DNA of 59,109 nucleotides, filler included. It is 2 parts of 2 records of this genome, joined end to end, with 100 filler letters (N's around TTAATTAATTAA, not from the genome) between each part and the next. Parts side by side here need not be neighbours in the genome. Positions count along the whole stretch, not along the records: positions 28,461 to 59,109 come from SRR20825006_396; 1 more part is not named here. One strand, given 5' to 3'. The first letter of the stretch is position 1. Every line of letters begins with the position of its first letter. Position numbers and translations under genes: made by a program. A model generated the notes under the pieces. It was not told the DNA's origin. It saw only the letters and a program-made list of their open reading frames with translations, and ran no database searches. Of this stretch, positions 33,318 to 42,531 are shown piece after piece.

Positions 33318-34186
33318 CGTCCGGCAGCCTTTCCGAACAGGCCCGAGGGCTTCCACAACAGAACCCCGAGGAAGAGGAGATAGGTGGCGGCCAGGGTCAG
33401 GCCGGGATCGACATAGGTGGCCACCAGGGTTTCCACCAGGCCGAGCAGAAGCCCGGCGACCAGCGCGCCCATGAGATTGCCCAGGCCCCCCATGATGACG
33501 ATCACCAGCGCCTTCATGGTAAAGACCACACCCATGGAGGCGTTGAAGGTCTGATACATGGAGATCATCACCCCACCGGATGCGGCGAGCATGGTGCCAA
33601 GCGCAAAGGCAAAGCGTGCCGTGCGGTTGACGTCGATGCCGACCAAGGGCGCTGCATCGGGATTGACGGCGATGGCGCGAATGGTGGTGCCCCAGCGGGT
33701 GCGGGTCAGCACATAGAATAACGTCGCGCCGATGATGACAGCCAGCGCAAAGGCCAGCAGGCGATTGGCGGCAATATTGGTGCCCAGCACATTGATGCCG
33801 GTGTTGAGGAAATTGTAGCTCGTATAGTTCGAGCCGAAGACCACCAGCATGACGCCCTGGATCACGAACAGCAGGCCGAAGGTGGCCAGGATGGAATCCA
33901 CTTCCAGCGTGCCGCTCTTTTTCGAGCGCGTCACCAGTGGCTGCATCATCACGCCATAGATGAGGTAACCGAAGGCGAAGGCCAGGGGCAGCACGATGGC
34001 GAGGCCAAGGATCGGATTGATCCCGAGAGTGGAGAACAGCAGGAAGGCGGCAAAGGCGGCAAAGATCAAGATCTCGCCATAGGCAAGGTTCATGATGCGC
34101 GAGATGCCATATTGCAGGGTCAGCCCCATGGCGACCAGCGCATAGGTGCCGCCCAGCACCAGCCCGGTTATCAGTGTCGTGATCAT
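33314..34186 (-). CDS. LIV-type ABC permease (LivH-like)
   Basis: YALVAMGLTL, MNLAYGE, TRWGTTIRA, MGGLGN. Confidence 0.88.
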   Translation of the reverse strand: MITTLITGLVLGGTYALVAMGLTLQYGISRIMNLAYGEILIFAAFAAFLLFSTLGINPILGLAIVLPLAFAFGYLIYGVMMQPLVTRSKKSGTLEVDSILATFGLLFVIQGVMLVVFGSNYTSYNFLNTGINVLGTNIAANRLLAFALAVIIGATLFYVLTRTRWGTTIRAIAVNPDAAPLVGIDVNRTARFAFALGTMLAASGGVMISMYQTFNASMGVVFTMKALVIVIMGGLGNLMGALVAGLLLGLVETLVATYVDPGLTLAATYLLFLGVLLWKPSGLFGKAAGR

Positions 34187-34268
34187 CTAAATATTCACCT
34201 GTCCCAGCGCAGAGCGCGAGGTGGGCAGCCGCACGAGGCTATCGCACGGCCGCCGGGATTATGTGGTG

Positions 34269-35507
34269 TTACTGCGCCGGCCAGGGGGCCTTGGGCAGCC
34301 TGGGTGCAACCGCGCCTTCGCGATCCGACGGCGCGACGGCGACAAAATTGCCGTCCTGCCATTGGCCACCGAACCAGAGCGTGCGCAGCTGGTTGTCCTC
34401 GAGCTTGACCTCGCCCAGCACGGTTTCGAATGTGCCGGTGGACAGTTCTTCGGACACCGCTTCACGATCGAGGCCGCGGCGCCTGATGGCTTCCTCAAGC
34501 ATTTGCAGGCTGTTGTAGGTGATGACCGAACCCCACCAATCGGGCGCCTGACCGATGAATTCGGTATGGCGGGCGCGGTATTCCATGACCGCTTCATTGG
34601 TGATGTCGATGCCGCCCAGGCTCATGATGCCCTCGATCTTGTCGCCATTATTGGCGGCATAGACTGGGAAGCCGACGCCCACGCCCATATAGAGCACCTT
34701 GGGATTGTAGGCCGCGACCTGCGCCTGCTGGGTCAGCGCAAAGGTATCGGGCGGATAGGAAAAGGCCACGAAGGTGTCAGCGCCGGAAGCGGCAGCTTCA
34801 TTCAGCATCGGTGTGAAGTCGGTGGTGCCGACAGGATAGGTCACGTCATAGACGAGATTGATGCCGGCATCGGCAAAGGACTGGCGCGCGGCAGTGATCA
34901 GATCGATACCAAAGCCGTCGGCGACCGAGATGACCGCCACATCGTTGTTGATGGTGCCGGCTTCTTGCTGATCCGTGAGGATTTCGGCCAGGGCCTCAGT
35001 GTAGTCGTGGCCACCACCGAGCATCCAGAAGCTCTTGCTCCAGCGCGCCGCAAATTCGGGGGCCTTGTCCGTCACGGCCGACACGGCCAGCTGGGGATAG
35101 CCGAACCGGTCAAAGAGCGGCGCTGCGGCGAGATTGAAGCCGGTGCCCCAGGGCGGCAGGATGAAATCGACATTGTCCTGGGTCGCCAGACGCTCAATGG
35201 CGCGCACCACTTCTTCGGATGCCGAGCGGTCGTCATATTCGATCACTTCGATGGGCAGACGGGTGCCGTCGGGCATTTCGAGTCCGCCGGCCTCGTTCAC
35301 TTCATGCACCCAGAGCTGGTAATTGGGCAGCGTTGTGATCCCGGCGCCGCCGGCATTGGCACCGGTCTTGGAAATGGCATAGCCGATCTTGACCGAATTG
35401 CGATCACCGGTGTCCTGGGCGATGACGGCCATGGTGCCGACACCGGCGAGCAGGGTCGCGGCAAGACCGATGGCGCGCAGGGTTGTCCTGCGTGAAAACA
35501 GTGTCAT
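34269..35507 (-). CDS. LIV-family substrate-binding protein (probably aromatic ligand)
   Basis: SRR-containing signal peptide; KIGYAISKTG, EVNEAGG, EYDDRS; AGGAGG RBS. Confidence 0.85.
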   Translation of the reverse strand: MTLFSRRTTLRAIGLAATLLAGVGTMAVIAQDTGDRNSVKIGYAISKTGANAGGAGITTLPNYQLWVHEVNEAGGLEMPDGTRLPIEVIEYDDRSASEEVVRAIERLATQDNVDFILPPWGTGFNLAAAPLFDRFGYPQLAVSAVTDKAPEFAARWSKSFWMLGGGHDYTEALAEILTDQQEAGTINNDVAVISVADGFGIDLITAARQSFADAGINLVYDVTYPVGTTDFTPMLNEAAASGADTFVAFSYPPDTFALTQQAQVAAYNPKVLYMGVGVGFPVYAANNGDKIEGIMSLGGIDITNEAVMEYRARHTEFIGQAPDWWGSVITYNSLQMLEEAIRRRGLDREAVSEELSTGTFETVLGEVKLEDNQLRTLWFGGQWQDGNFVAVAPSDREGAVAPRLPKAPWPAQ

Positions 35508-35662
35508 GGGTTCCTCCTGTGGGCCCGTTTGCCGGGCCGGTCGAGCCGGGATGTTTTGCACTGTTCTCCGGCTACTGACCGAACGCTACACGGGAAGCTG
35601 CCCCAACAAGAATAGACTTTTTTCGGAGAAACTTGTACTTTTGCCGGGATATCGAGGGGAAA

Positions 35663-36556
35663 ATGCGCCAGATCGAGACACCAGCTACTGTCCGCACCCA
35701 TGTCGACCTGGCCCGCGAACTGGACGGCCAGGTGATCGCCACAACGCTGGATACGGCGCGATGGACATTGCCGGGCGGACAGAATTGCGTTTTTGTCCTC
35801 GCTTCGGGCGCCGGCACCGTCTCGACCCAGGGTGAGACCACGCCGCTGCAGGCCCCCAACCTCATCTGGATTCCGGCCAGTCAACGCGCCGACTTGATGT
35901 TGCAGGCCGGGGCACGCGGGGCCTGGCTGTCGATTTCCGACATTGCGCTTGGCCAGATTGCCCTGCCCGGCAATATTGCCGAGGACATGCGGCGCTTTGC
36001 GGCACGACCCCAATTAGGCACCCGTATCGAGCGCGACGTGGCGGCGCGGCTGGCGACCCTGTTCGCCCTGATGACCGAGGAATTGCGCTTTGACGCCTCC
36101 GGCTCGCAGGACATGGTGCGGCATCAATTGGCCATTGTGGCGATCCTGCTCTGGCGCACCTCGGACCTTGCCCCGTCCACGGCCCGGCCCGCACCACGCA
36201 CAATCGTGAGCAATTTTCTCACCATGGTGGACCAGCAAATGCGCTCGCACTGGACGGTCGCCCATTATGCCCGCTACCTGGGTGTCAGCGTCGACCGGCT
36301 GACCAGTGCCGTGCAACGCGCCACGGGACAAACGCCGCTGGCCCTGATCCATGCGCGGTTGTTTGCCGAGGCGCGGCAAATGATCGAGAATTCCGGCCTG
36401 CAGATCGCAGAGATCTCTGCCCATCTGGGCTTTGACGACCCGGCCTATTTTTCACGCTTCTTCAAGCGGCTGGGCGGCAAGTCACCCCGGCAGTACCGGC
36501 AGGAGGCGGCAATGGGCCAGGTGCGTGATGGTGGCTCCTATGCCGCCTGGCCGTAG
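35663..36556 (+). CDS. AraC-family regulator (PobR/HpaA-like)
   Basis: WTVAHYARYLGVS, LGFDDPAYFSRFFKR; divergent from the transporter operon. Confidence 0.88.
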   Translation: MRQIETPATVRTHVDLARELDGQVIATTLDTARWTLPGGQNCVFVLASGAGTVSTQGETTPLQAPNLIWIPASQRADLMLQAGARGAWLSISDIALGQIALPGNIAEDMRRFAARPQLGTRIERDVAARLATLFALMTEELRFDASGSQDMVRHQLAIVAILLWRTSDLAPSTARPAPRTIVSNFLTMVDQQMRSHWTVAHYARYLGVSVDRLTSAVQRATGQTPLALIHARLFAEARQMIENSGLQIAEISAHLGFDDPAYFSRFFKRLGGKSPRQYRQEAAMGQVRDGGSYAAWP

Positions 36557-36571
36557 GCGTTTCCGTTCCGG

Positions 36572-37906
36572 CTATTGCTCGTGGAAGGCACGCGCCATGG
36601 AGTCTGTGACCGGCTTGACCAGATAGTCGAGGAAGGTCCGCTCGCGGGTGCGCACCAGCACCTCGGCCGGCATGCCCGGGGTCGGCGAGAAGCCAGGAAT
36701 GCGTCCGATCTGATCTGGCGAAATGGTTATGCGCGCCAGATAGACGTCGCGTTGCGTGCCCTGTGTCCCGGTGATCGTATCAGCGGAAATGTACTGCACC
36801 TGGCCTTCGAGTACCGGCGTCGTGCGCTGATTGAGGGCCGTGAGGCGGATATTGGCCGCCTGCCCTTCCTTGACCTCGTCGATCTGCATGCGGGGGATCT
36901 GGACCTCGACAATCAGAGGGACGTCGGCGGGCAGGATCTCGAAGATCGGCAGGCCACTTTCGACCACGCCGCCCGTGGTATGGTAGTACATGCGCACAAT
37001 GGTGCCGGCGACCGGGGAAGAAATCGTGGTGCGGTTGAGGATGTTCTGGGCCTGCAGGGTCTGTTCGCGCAGCGCTTCGAGTTCGGCTTCAACAGTCTGC
37101 ATCTCATCGAGCGCAGCCTGGCGGACAGCGTCCCGCGCCTGAACGATCTCGCCAGTGTATTTCTCGATCTGGGTATAGGTCTCCTGGACTTCAGACTCGA
37201 GACGGGAAATATCGCCCTCGGCATCAAAGACCGCCCGTTCGACGGAGCGCACGGAAGATTGGGCCACCACACCCTTCTCGAACAGTTCGAGCATGGCCAC
37301 GTGGTCCTCGCGCAGGAGCGCCATCTGGCTTTGCATGGACGCGATCTGGGCCTGGCGGCCGCTGATGCGGAAGCGCAGGGCGGCCAGATTCTGTTCGATC
37401 AATTGCAGTTCGTTGGTGAGCTTTTCGCGCCCCGCCTTGAAATTGGTGCGCTGCCCTTCGACCACCGCGGCGATGTCAGGATTGTCCATATGGTCCTTGA
37501 CGGAATCGGGGGGCACATATTCGTCCAGTTCCAGGGCTTCGGCATTGAGCCGGGCGCGAATGGCCTCAAGCCGGATAACGCGCAATTGCAATTGCTTGGT
37601 CGCTGCACTGGCGGAGGTTTCGTCAAGCAGCAACAGGCTTTGCCCGGCGATCACCTGCTCGCCTTCGCGCACCAGCAGGTCCTTGATGATGCCGCCTTCG
37701 AAATGCTGAACGATCTTGTTCTCGCCGGTGGCAACAAAGCTGCCCTGAGCAATGACAGCGGCCGAGAGCGGCGCTGTCGCCGACCATGTTCCGAAGCCGC
37801 CAAAGGCCAGCGCCACCAGCAACGCTCCGATCCAGACCGGTGTGCGGATGGAGCGCGGTACACCGCTGTACCATTCCAGATTCTGAAGTTCACCAACGGC
37901 AGACAT
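36572..37906 (-). CDS. Type I secretion membrane fusion protein (HlyD/PrsE family)
   Basis: KIVQHFEGGII, ISSPVAGTI, TPGMPAEV, RTFLDYLVKP. Confidence 0.93.
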   Translation of the reverse strand: MSAVGELQNLEWYSGVPRSIRTPVWIGALLVALAFGGFGTWSATAPLSAAVIAQGSFVATGENKIVQHFEGGIIKDLLVREGEQVIAGQSLLLLDETSASAATKQLQLRVIRLEAIRARLNAEALELDEYVPPDSVKDHMDNPDIAAVVEGQRTNFKAGREKLTNELQLIEQNLAALRFRISGRQAQIASMQSQMALLREDHVAMLELFEKGVVAQSSVRSVERAVFDAEGDISRLESEVQETYTQIEKYTGEIVQARDAVRQAALDEMQTVEAELEALREQTLQAQNILNRTTISSPVAGTIVRMYYHTTGGVVESGLPIFEILPADVPLIVEVQIPRMQIDEVKEGQAANIRLTALNQRTTPVLEGQVQYISADTITGTQGTQRDVYLARITISPDQIGRIPGFSPTPGMPAEVLVRTRERTFLDYLVKPVTDSMARAFHEQ

Positions 37907-37909
37907 GGT

Positions 37910-40396
37910 CTAGTTCTCCTCCGATGGCTTGGACACGTTGATGGCCGTGGGATTGTTCCCCGACTTGCCGGTCAAAGCCGCCATGACCTCGGACCGCGTG
38001 CCGAACATGGAAACCGAGCCATTATTGAGCACCAGGATCTTGTCCACGACATTGAGCAGGGCTGGCCGCTGGGTGATGGTCACGACGGTGATCTTTTGTT
38101 TGCGGGCATGTTCGAGCGCCTTGGCCAGCGCCGCCTCGCCCTGTGAGTCGAGATTGGAATTCGGTTCGTCCAGCACCACCAGCTTGGGATTGCCGAAGAA
38201 GGCACGCGCCAGGGCGATACGCTGCTTCTGTCCCCCGGACAGGGGCGCCCCGTCGGCAGCGACAAAGGTCTCGTAGCCTTGCGAGAGACCGGCAATCAGC
38301 TCATGCACATCGGCCAGCACCGCGGCCTCGAAAATGTCCTTGTCGCTGACATCCTCGCGCATGCGGGCAATGTTGGCCTTGATGGTGCCGGGGAAGAGCT
38401 GCACGTCCTGCGGGAGATAGCCGATATTCTCGCCGAACTGGCGTTGGTCCCAGTTGCGCAAATCCATCAGGTCGAGCCGCACCGAGCCTGAGGTGGGCAG
38501 GATGGACCCCACCAGCATCTTGCCCAGTGTCGTCTTGCCGGATCCCGAATTGCCGATCACGGCCAGGGATTCCCCAGGCATCAGGGAGAACGTAATGCCG
38601 TTGAGCAAGACCTTCTTGTTTGGCGGTGGAACGAAAAGAATGCGCTCCACATCCAGCCGGCCCTTTGGCTCTGGCAGCAGCAGGCGTTCAAAGTTGAACG
38701 GGCTTGAGTTGAGCAGCCCCTTGATGCGTCCGAAGGAGGCGCGGAACTGAGAAAAGCCGTTCCAGCCTTCAATCGTGCCTTCAATCGGGGTGAGCGCGCG
38801 GGCTGCGATGATCGAACCAGCGATGACCATGCCACCGGTGATTTCACCCTGGATCGCCAAATAGGCGCCCCAGCCGAGCATGGCCACCTGGGTGAGCAGA
38901 CGCACGCCCTTGGAAATGCTCGACATGATGATGTTGCGATCCTGGGCCTTCACCTGAGCCTGCAGCGACCCGGCGGTATCCCTGCCCCAGATGCGCACCA
39001 CCTCGGGGATCATCGCCAGGGCGTTGATGATCTGGGAATTGCGCGACATGGAATCGAGGTGCAGGGCGGCGCGGCTCAGCAGATTATTGGCATCGGTGAA
39101 GGGGCGGGCGGTCATGCGCTGATTGATCATGGCGATGATCAGCAGGCAGATCGATGCGCCCACCACGATAAAGCCAAGCTGGGGATGAATCAGAAATACG
39201 GCCAGCACAAAGAGCGGCGCCATGGGGGCATCGAGGAAGGACAGCAACGTCCCCGAAACGATAAAGCTGCGCAATTGCTGCAGATCGCCCAGGACCTGAT
39301 AGTCGCGGCCGTTGCTATGCAGTGAGGCCCGCGCCGCAGCGCTGAGAATGGGGGAGCCCAGTTGCACGGCAATCTCGACAGCGGTGCGCATGAGGATGAA
39401 ACGACGCACCGCATCGAGAATGGCCTGCAGGACCACCGCGCCGACCACGGCGGCGGTCAGCATGACCAGAGTGTCCATCGAACGGCTTGTCAGCACGCGG
39501 TCCGAGATCTGGAACAGGTAGATCGGGATTGCCAGCACCAGAATGTTGATGAAGACCGTAAAGCCCATGACGATGCTGAGATTGGTCCGCACCACCGCCA
39601 TGCCATTGGCCAGGCTCTGGGTGAAATTGGGCTGGGCGGCGCGTTTATGGAAGCCCGCGCCGCCGCCGCCCCTGCCCCCTCCATTGCCCGAGCCGTTCGA
39701 GCCCTTGCCGCCGCCATCGCCAGAGGAGGTTTTGCTGGTCGATTTGAGCGGCCCGCGGTCACCCTCCACGATGGGTGGAATGCGGGTTTTGGGCTTGTCC
39801 GGTTCCGGCGTTCGGAAGTCGCGTTGTGGCCATTCTGCACGGGCCTGGTCTGCCTGCGCGGGTTGAGGCTCTTTGTTTGGCGGCGGCGCGGGTTCTGGCT
39901 GCGGCGCAGTCTGTCGCGCCTCGCGCGCGGGCTCTGGTTCCGCTGCGGCCTGGCGCGCCTGCGGCGCGGGATCGGTGATGGGTTCCGGTGTCGCTGTCGC
40001 ATGAGCGGCAACAGCCGGTGCCGGATCGGTCATGGGCTCTGGATGAGCCGCCACTTGCTCCGGAGGTGTTGACACATTGTTGCTTTGTGCTGGCTGATCT
40101 GAGCTCACCGGCGGTGCGGGCTGGGCCTCGGCAGGCCGTGGACGCAGGACCGCGCGGGGCGGCAGAGTGCCCTTCCCCCCCCTGGCAGATGGCGATTCCA
40201 CCGCGCGTTGCGCGCTGTTGTCCTCATCGGACTGGGATGGCGGCGCATGGCTGCGGGCCAGTTCGTCGAGTTCGGCGGCCGCCAGATGGATATCGTCCAT
40301 GATCTGATCCATCCGATCGGCCCGGACCTGGTTGGCGTGGCGCGGTTGACTTCCCAACGCCTGTTGGTCGGTGCGGCTCAGGTGCTCAAAAGTCAT
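37910..40396 (-). CDS. Type I secretion ABC permease/ATPase (PrtD/PrsD-like) with a long Pro/Ala-rich N-terminal extension
   Basis: IYLFQISDRVLTSRS, GNSGSGKT, GYLPQDVQLF, LSGGQKQRIALARA, LDEPNSNLD; no C39 domain seen. Confidence 0.92.
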   Translation of the reverse strand: MTFEHLSRTDQQALGSQPRHANQVRADRMDQIMDDIHLAAAELDELARSHAPPSQSDEDNSAQRAVESPSARGGKGTLPPRAVLRPRPAEAQPAPPVSSDQPAQSNNVSTPPEQVAAHPEPMTDPAPAVAAHATATPEPITDPAPQARQAAAEPEPAREARQTAPQPEPAPPPNKEPQPAQADQARAEWPQRDFRTPEPDKPKTRIPPIVEGDRGPLKSTSKTSSGDGGGKGSNGSGNGGGRGGGGAGFHKRAAQPNFTQSLANGMAVVRTNLSIVMGFTVFINILVLAIPIYLFQISDRVLTSRSMDTLVMLTAAVVGAVVLQAILDAVRRFILMRTAVEIAVQLGSPILSAAARASLHSNGRDYQVLGDLQQLRSFIVSGTLLSFLDAPMAPLFVLAVFLIHPQLGFIVVGASICLLIIAMINQRMTARPFTDANNLLSRAALHLDSMSRNSQIINALAMIPEVVRIWGRDTAGSLQAQVKAQDRNIIMSSISKGVRLLTQVAMLGWGAYLAIQGEITGGMVIAGSIIAARALTPIEGTIEGWNGFSQFRASFGRIKGLLNSSPFNFERLLLPEPKGRLDVERILFVPPPNKKVLLNGITFSLMPGESLAVIGNSGSGKTTLGKMLVGSILPTSGSVRLDLMDLRNWDQRQFGENIGYLPQDVQLFPGTIKANIARMREDVSDKDIFEAAVLADVHELIAGLSQGYETFVAADGAPLSGGQKQRIALARAFFGNPKLVVLDEPNSNLDSQGEAALAKALEHARKQKITVVTITQRPALLNVVDKILVLNNGSVSMFGTRSEVMAALTGKSGNNPTAINVSKPSEEN

Positions 40397-40417
40397 GTGC
40401 TCTATCCGGATACTAAA

Positions 40418-42421
40418 TTACGCAAGGACGGATTGCATGAGGTCGACCGGGGCCGCGTCATGGGTCGTGTCGCCAAGGGCGTAGTCGGCGTTTTCGGCGA
40501 ACGTTTCGGTGTGATCGAGAAAAGCGACGACTTCGCTCACCAGAGCATCATCATCATCGCAATCGTCCTGGGCCTCGAGGATATTGGCCTGGATCAGGAT
40601 GGTGTCGGAGTAGTGGTCGCCGCCCACTTCGATGCTGTCACCAAAGGTGTCGTAGTCCTTGATGGCGGCCATATTGACCAGCGCATTGGAGCCGGTGTCG
40701 ATGTCCCACTCGGTGGCGGGCTGCCCATCAAGGAAGGCCTTTTTCTGCAAGGCGACGAAATCCGCGTCCCCCAGAATATTGGTCTGTTCGATATAGCGCA
40801 GATCGTAGATGCTGCCGGAAACATAGAGCACGCGGGGAATTGCAATGCCCTCGAAGTCGTCAGACGCATAAAAACTGGACGGCATGGACTTGTTGCCACT
40901 GGCAAGGCCGTCCATGGCGTCCTGGTAGTGCTCGGAAATGCCGGACTTTACCTCGGTGGCCCCGACATTGTGGATCGAGGCCTGGTTCCAGAGCAGATTG
41001 TTGGAGGTGTTGAGACTGCCCGAGGCAGCATAGTCCCCATCACCGCCTGAACCGAGCATGGTGATGGTGTCATTGTCGTACAGAATATTGTTCTGCACGA
41101 TGACGTTGGCATCAAACACATTGCCGCCGACCAGGATGAGATCGAAGAGCGAGCCGATATTGGCGAAGTTCACACCGTTGAAGCCAATATTCTCGCCACT
41201 GGTCACCACGGCATCGCTGCCGGTTGCCGACAGCACACCGACATCCTCATCGGACATGAAGGTGAGCTGTTTCATCCACTCAAGGAAAATGATGTCGCCC
41301 GAGACGCATGTGACCTGCCAGTTCTGCGGCATAACATCGGGATTCGCCTCGGCGGCAGCGCCGGCGGCATCGAAGGTTTCCTGCACGAAGGTGGCGACAT
41401 TGACCGCGTTGGTTCCTCCGCCTGCCTGTGCGGCCAGCGGGAAGTCATCGTTGACATAATCAGTGTCACTGTAGGCGTTCGTCTGGATGATGGCGTCGAG
41501 CTGGTGCAAATTCCCGCCGACGACGAAATGGGTCCCGACCATGCCACCATTGAGCACGGTGGCCTCGTTGACCAGGAAATTGCCGCCACTTTTGAAGGTG
41601 ACCGACCCCTCGGTAACATCGTTCTCAATCTGGAGATGGGCCTCGTGCTCGCCAGTGACCTTGATGGTATCGGGGGGCGTTGCGTCTTCGGGCTCTTCCT
41701 GCAGATGTTCTGGCAGCGTATCGGTCAGCTCAGGCGCTTCGGTTTCGAGCTGGCCGTTGACATAGGTCCCGGTCAGGGACTCGACCAGTTCAAACTGGGT
41801 GTCGGGATTGGACTGATGGGCCGTGGCGGTCGCGTTCACCGCGTCGATGACCAGAGGGACATCGTCATAGCTAGAAATGCCGGGGCCGGCACCGATGGGG
41901 CCAAGCACGGCATTGCTTGCTGCCTGCAGCCCGAGCAAGCCAGCGTCGGCGCCGGACTGATAGGTCAAGGGCTCGTCCAGCGTGCCCATGACGAAGACGT
42001 CATCATCGGAAAGGCTGATGGTCTGGGAGAAGACCGCGATGACGGAGCCGGGCTCGGTGCCGATCAGCGGGATCACGATATCGCCTGGGCCCGTGGGCCA
42101 TTGGGACAGCGGCGAGTCCAGGTCGGAGGCGGTGAAATCGGGGGTATTGGCCAGACCAATATTTGTCGGACCGAACATCACCTCGCCGCGGATCAGGAAC
42201 TCGGGAGGGGCGTAGAACACGCCAGGGGCATAATTGCCCAGGGCATAGGCCTGGATAACGTCGACGGAAACCTGCTGCATTTCCGGCGTTTCGGGCGCCG
42301 CTTCGGCTTCATGCTCGGCCAGAGCCATTTCCAGCCGGACCTTCATGTCCTCAGCGGCAATCTGGAAGTAGCCGAGAAAGTGGGCGACAATTTCTGAAAG
42401 GGGATCACTTGGAAAAAACAC
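40418..42421 (-). CDS. Large acidic hypothetical protein with about 5 internal modules; probable T1SS substrate
   Basis: GTG start at 42421 after AGGAGG; no signal peptide; ends 21 nt before the ABC gene start; recurring Q-x5-D-x-D, G-x-N-x3-N and V-[GS]-G motifs. Confidence 0.75.
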   Translation of the reverse strand: MFFPSDPLSEIVAHFLGYFQIAAEDMKVRLEMALAEHEAEAAPETPEMQQVSVDVIQAYALGNYAPGVFYAPPEFLIRGEVMFGPTNIGLANTPDFTASDLDSPLSQWPTGPGDIVIPLIGTEPGSVIAVFSQTISLSDDDVFVMGTLDEPLTYQSGADAGLLGLQAASNAVLGPIGAGPGISSYDDVPLVIDAVNATATAHQSNPDTQFELVESLTGTYVNGQLETEAPELTDTLPEHLQEEPEDATPPDTIKVTGEHEAHLQIENDVTEGSVTFKSGGNFLVNEATVLNGGMVGTHFVVGGNLHQLDAIIQTNAYSDTDYVNDDFPLAAQAGGGTNAVNVATFVQETFDAAGAAAEANPDVMPQNWQVTCVSGDIIFLEWMKQLTFMSDEDVGVLSATGSDAVVTSGENIGFNGVNFANIGSLFDLILVGGNVFDANVIVQNNILYDNDTITMLGSGGDGDYAASGSLNTSNNLLWNQASIHNVGATEVKSGISEHYQDAMDGLASGNKSMPSSFYASDDFEGIAIPRVLYVSGSIYDLRYIEQTNILGDADFVALQKKAFLDGQPATEWDIDTGSNALVNMAAIKDYDTFGDSIEVGGDHYSDTILIQANILEAQDDCDDDDALVSEVVAFLDHTETFAENADYALGDTTHDAAPVDLMQSVLA

Positions 42422-42474
42422 GGGACACCTCCTACTCGCCAATTCGATTCCCAGCGGACTGGCGGAAGTAAGAT

Positions 42475-42507
42475 GATCTGCGCGGTGGGGGCGCTACCGC
42501 GCAGATC
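42475..42507. terminator. Strong intercistronic hairpin
   Basis: GATCTGCGCGGT...ACCGCGCAGATC perfect 12-bp arms just downstream of the D/N/S-rich gene. Confidence 0.65.
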
Positions 42508-42531
42508 TTTGCAAGCGTTGGGGGCGCTCGC

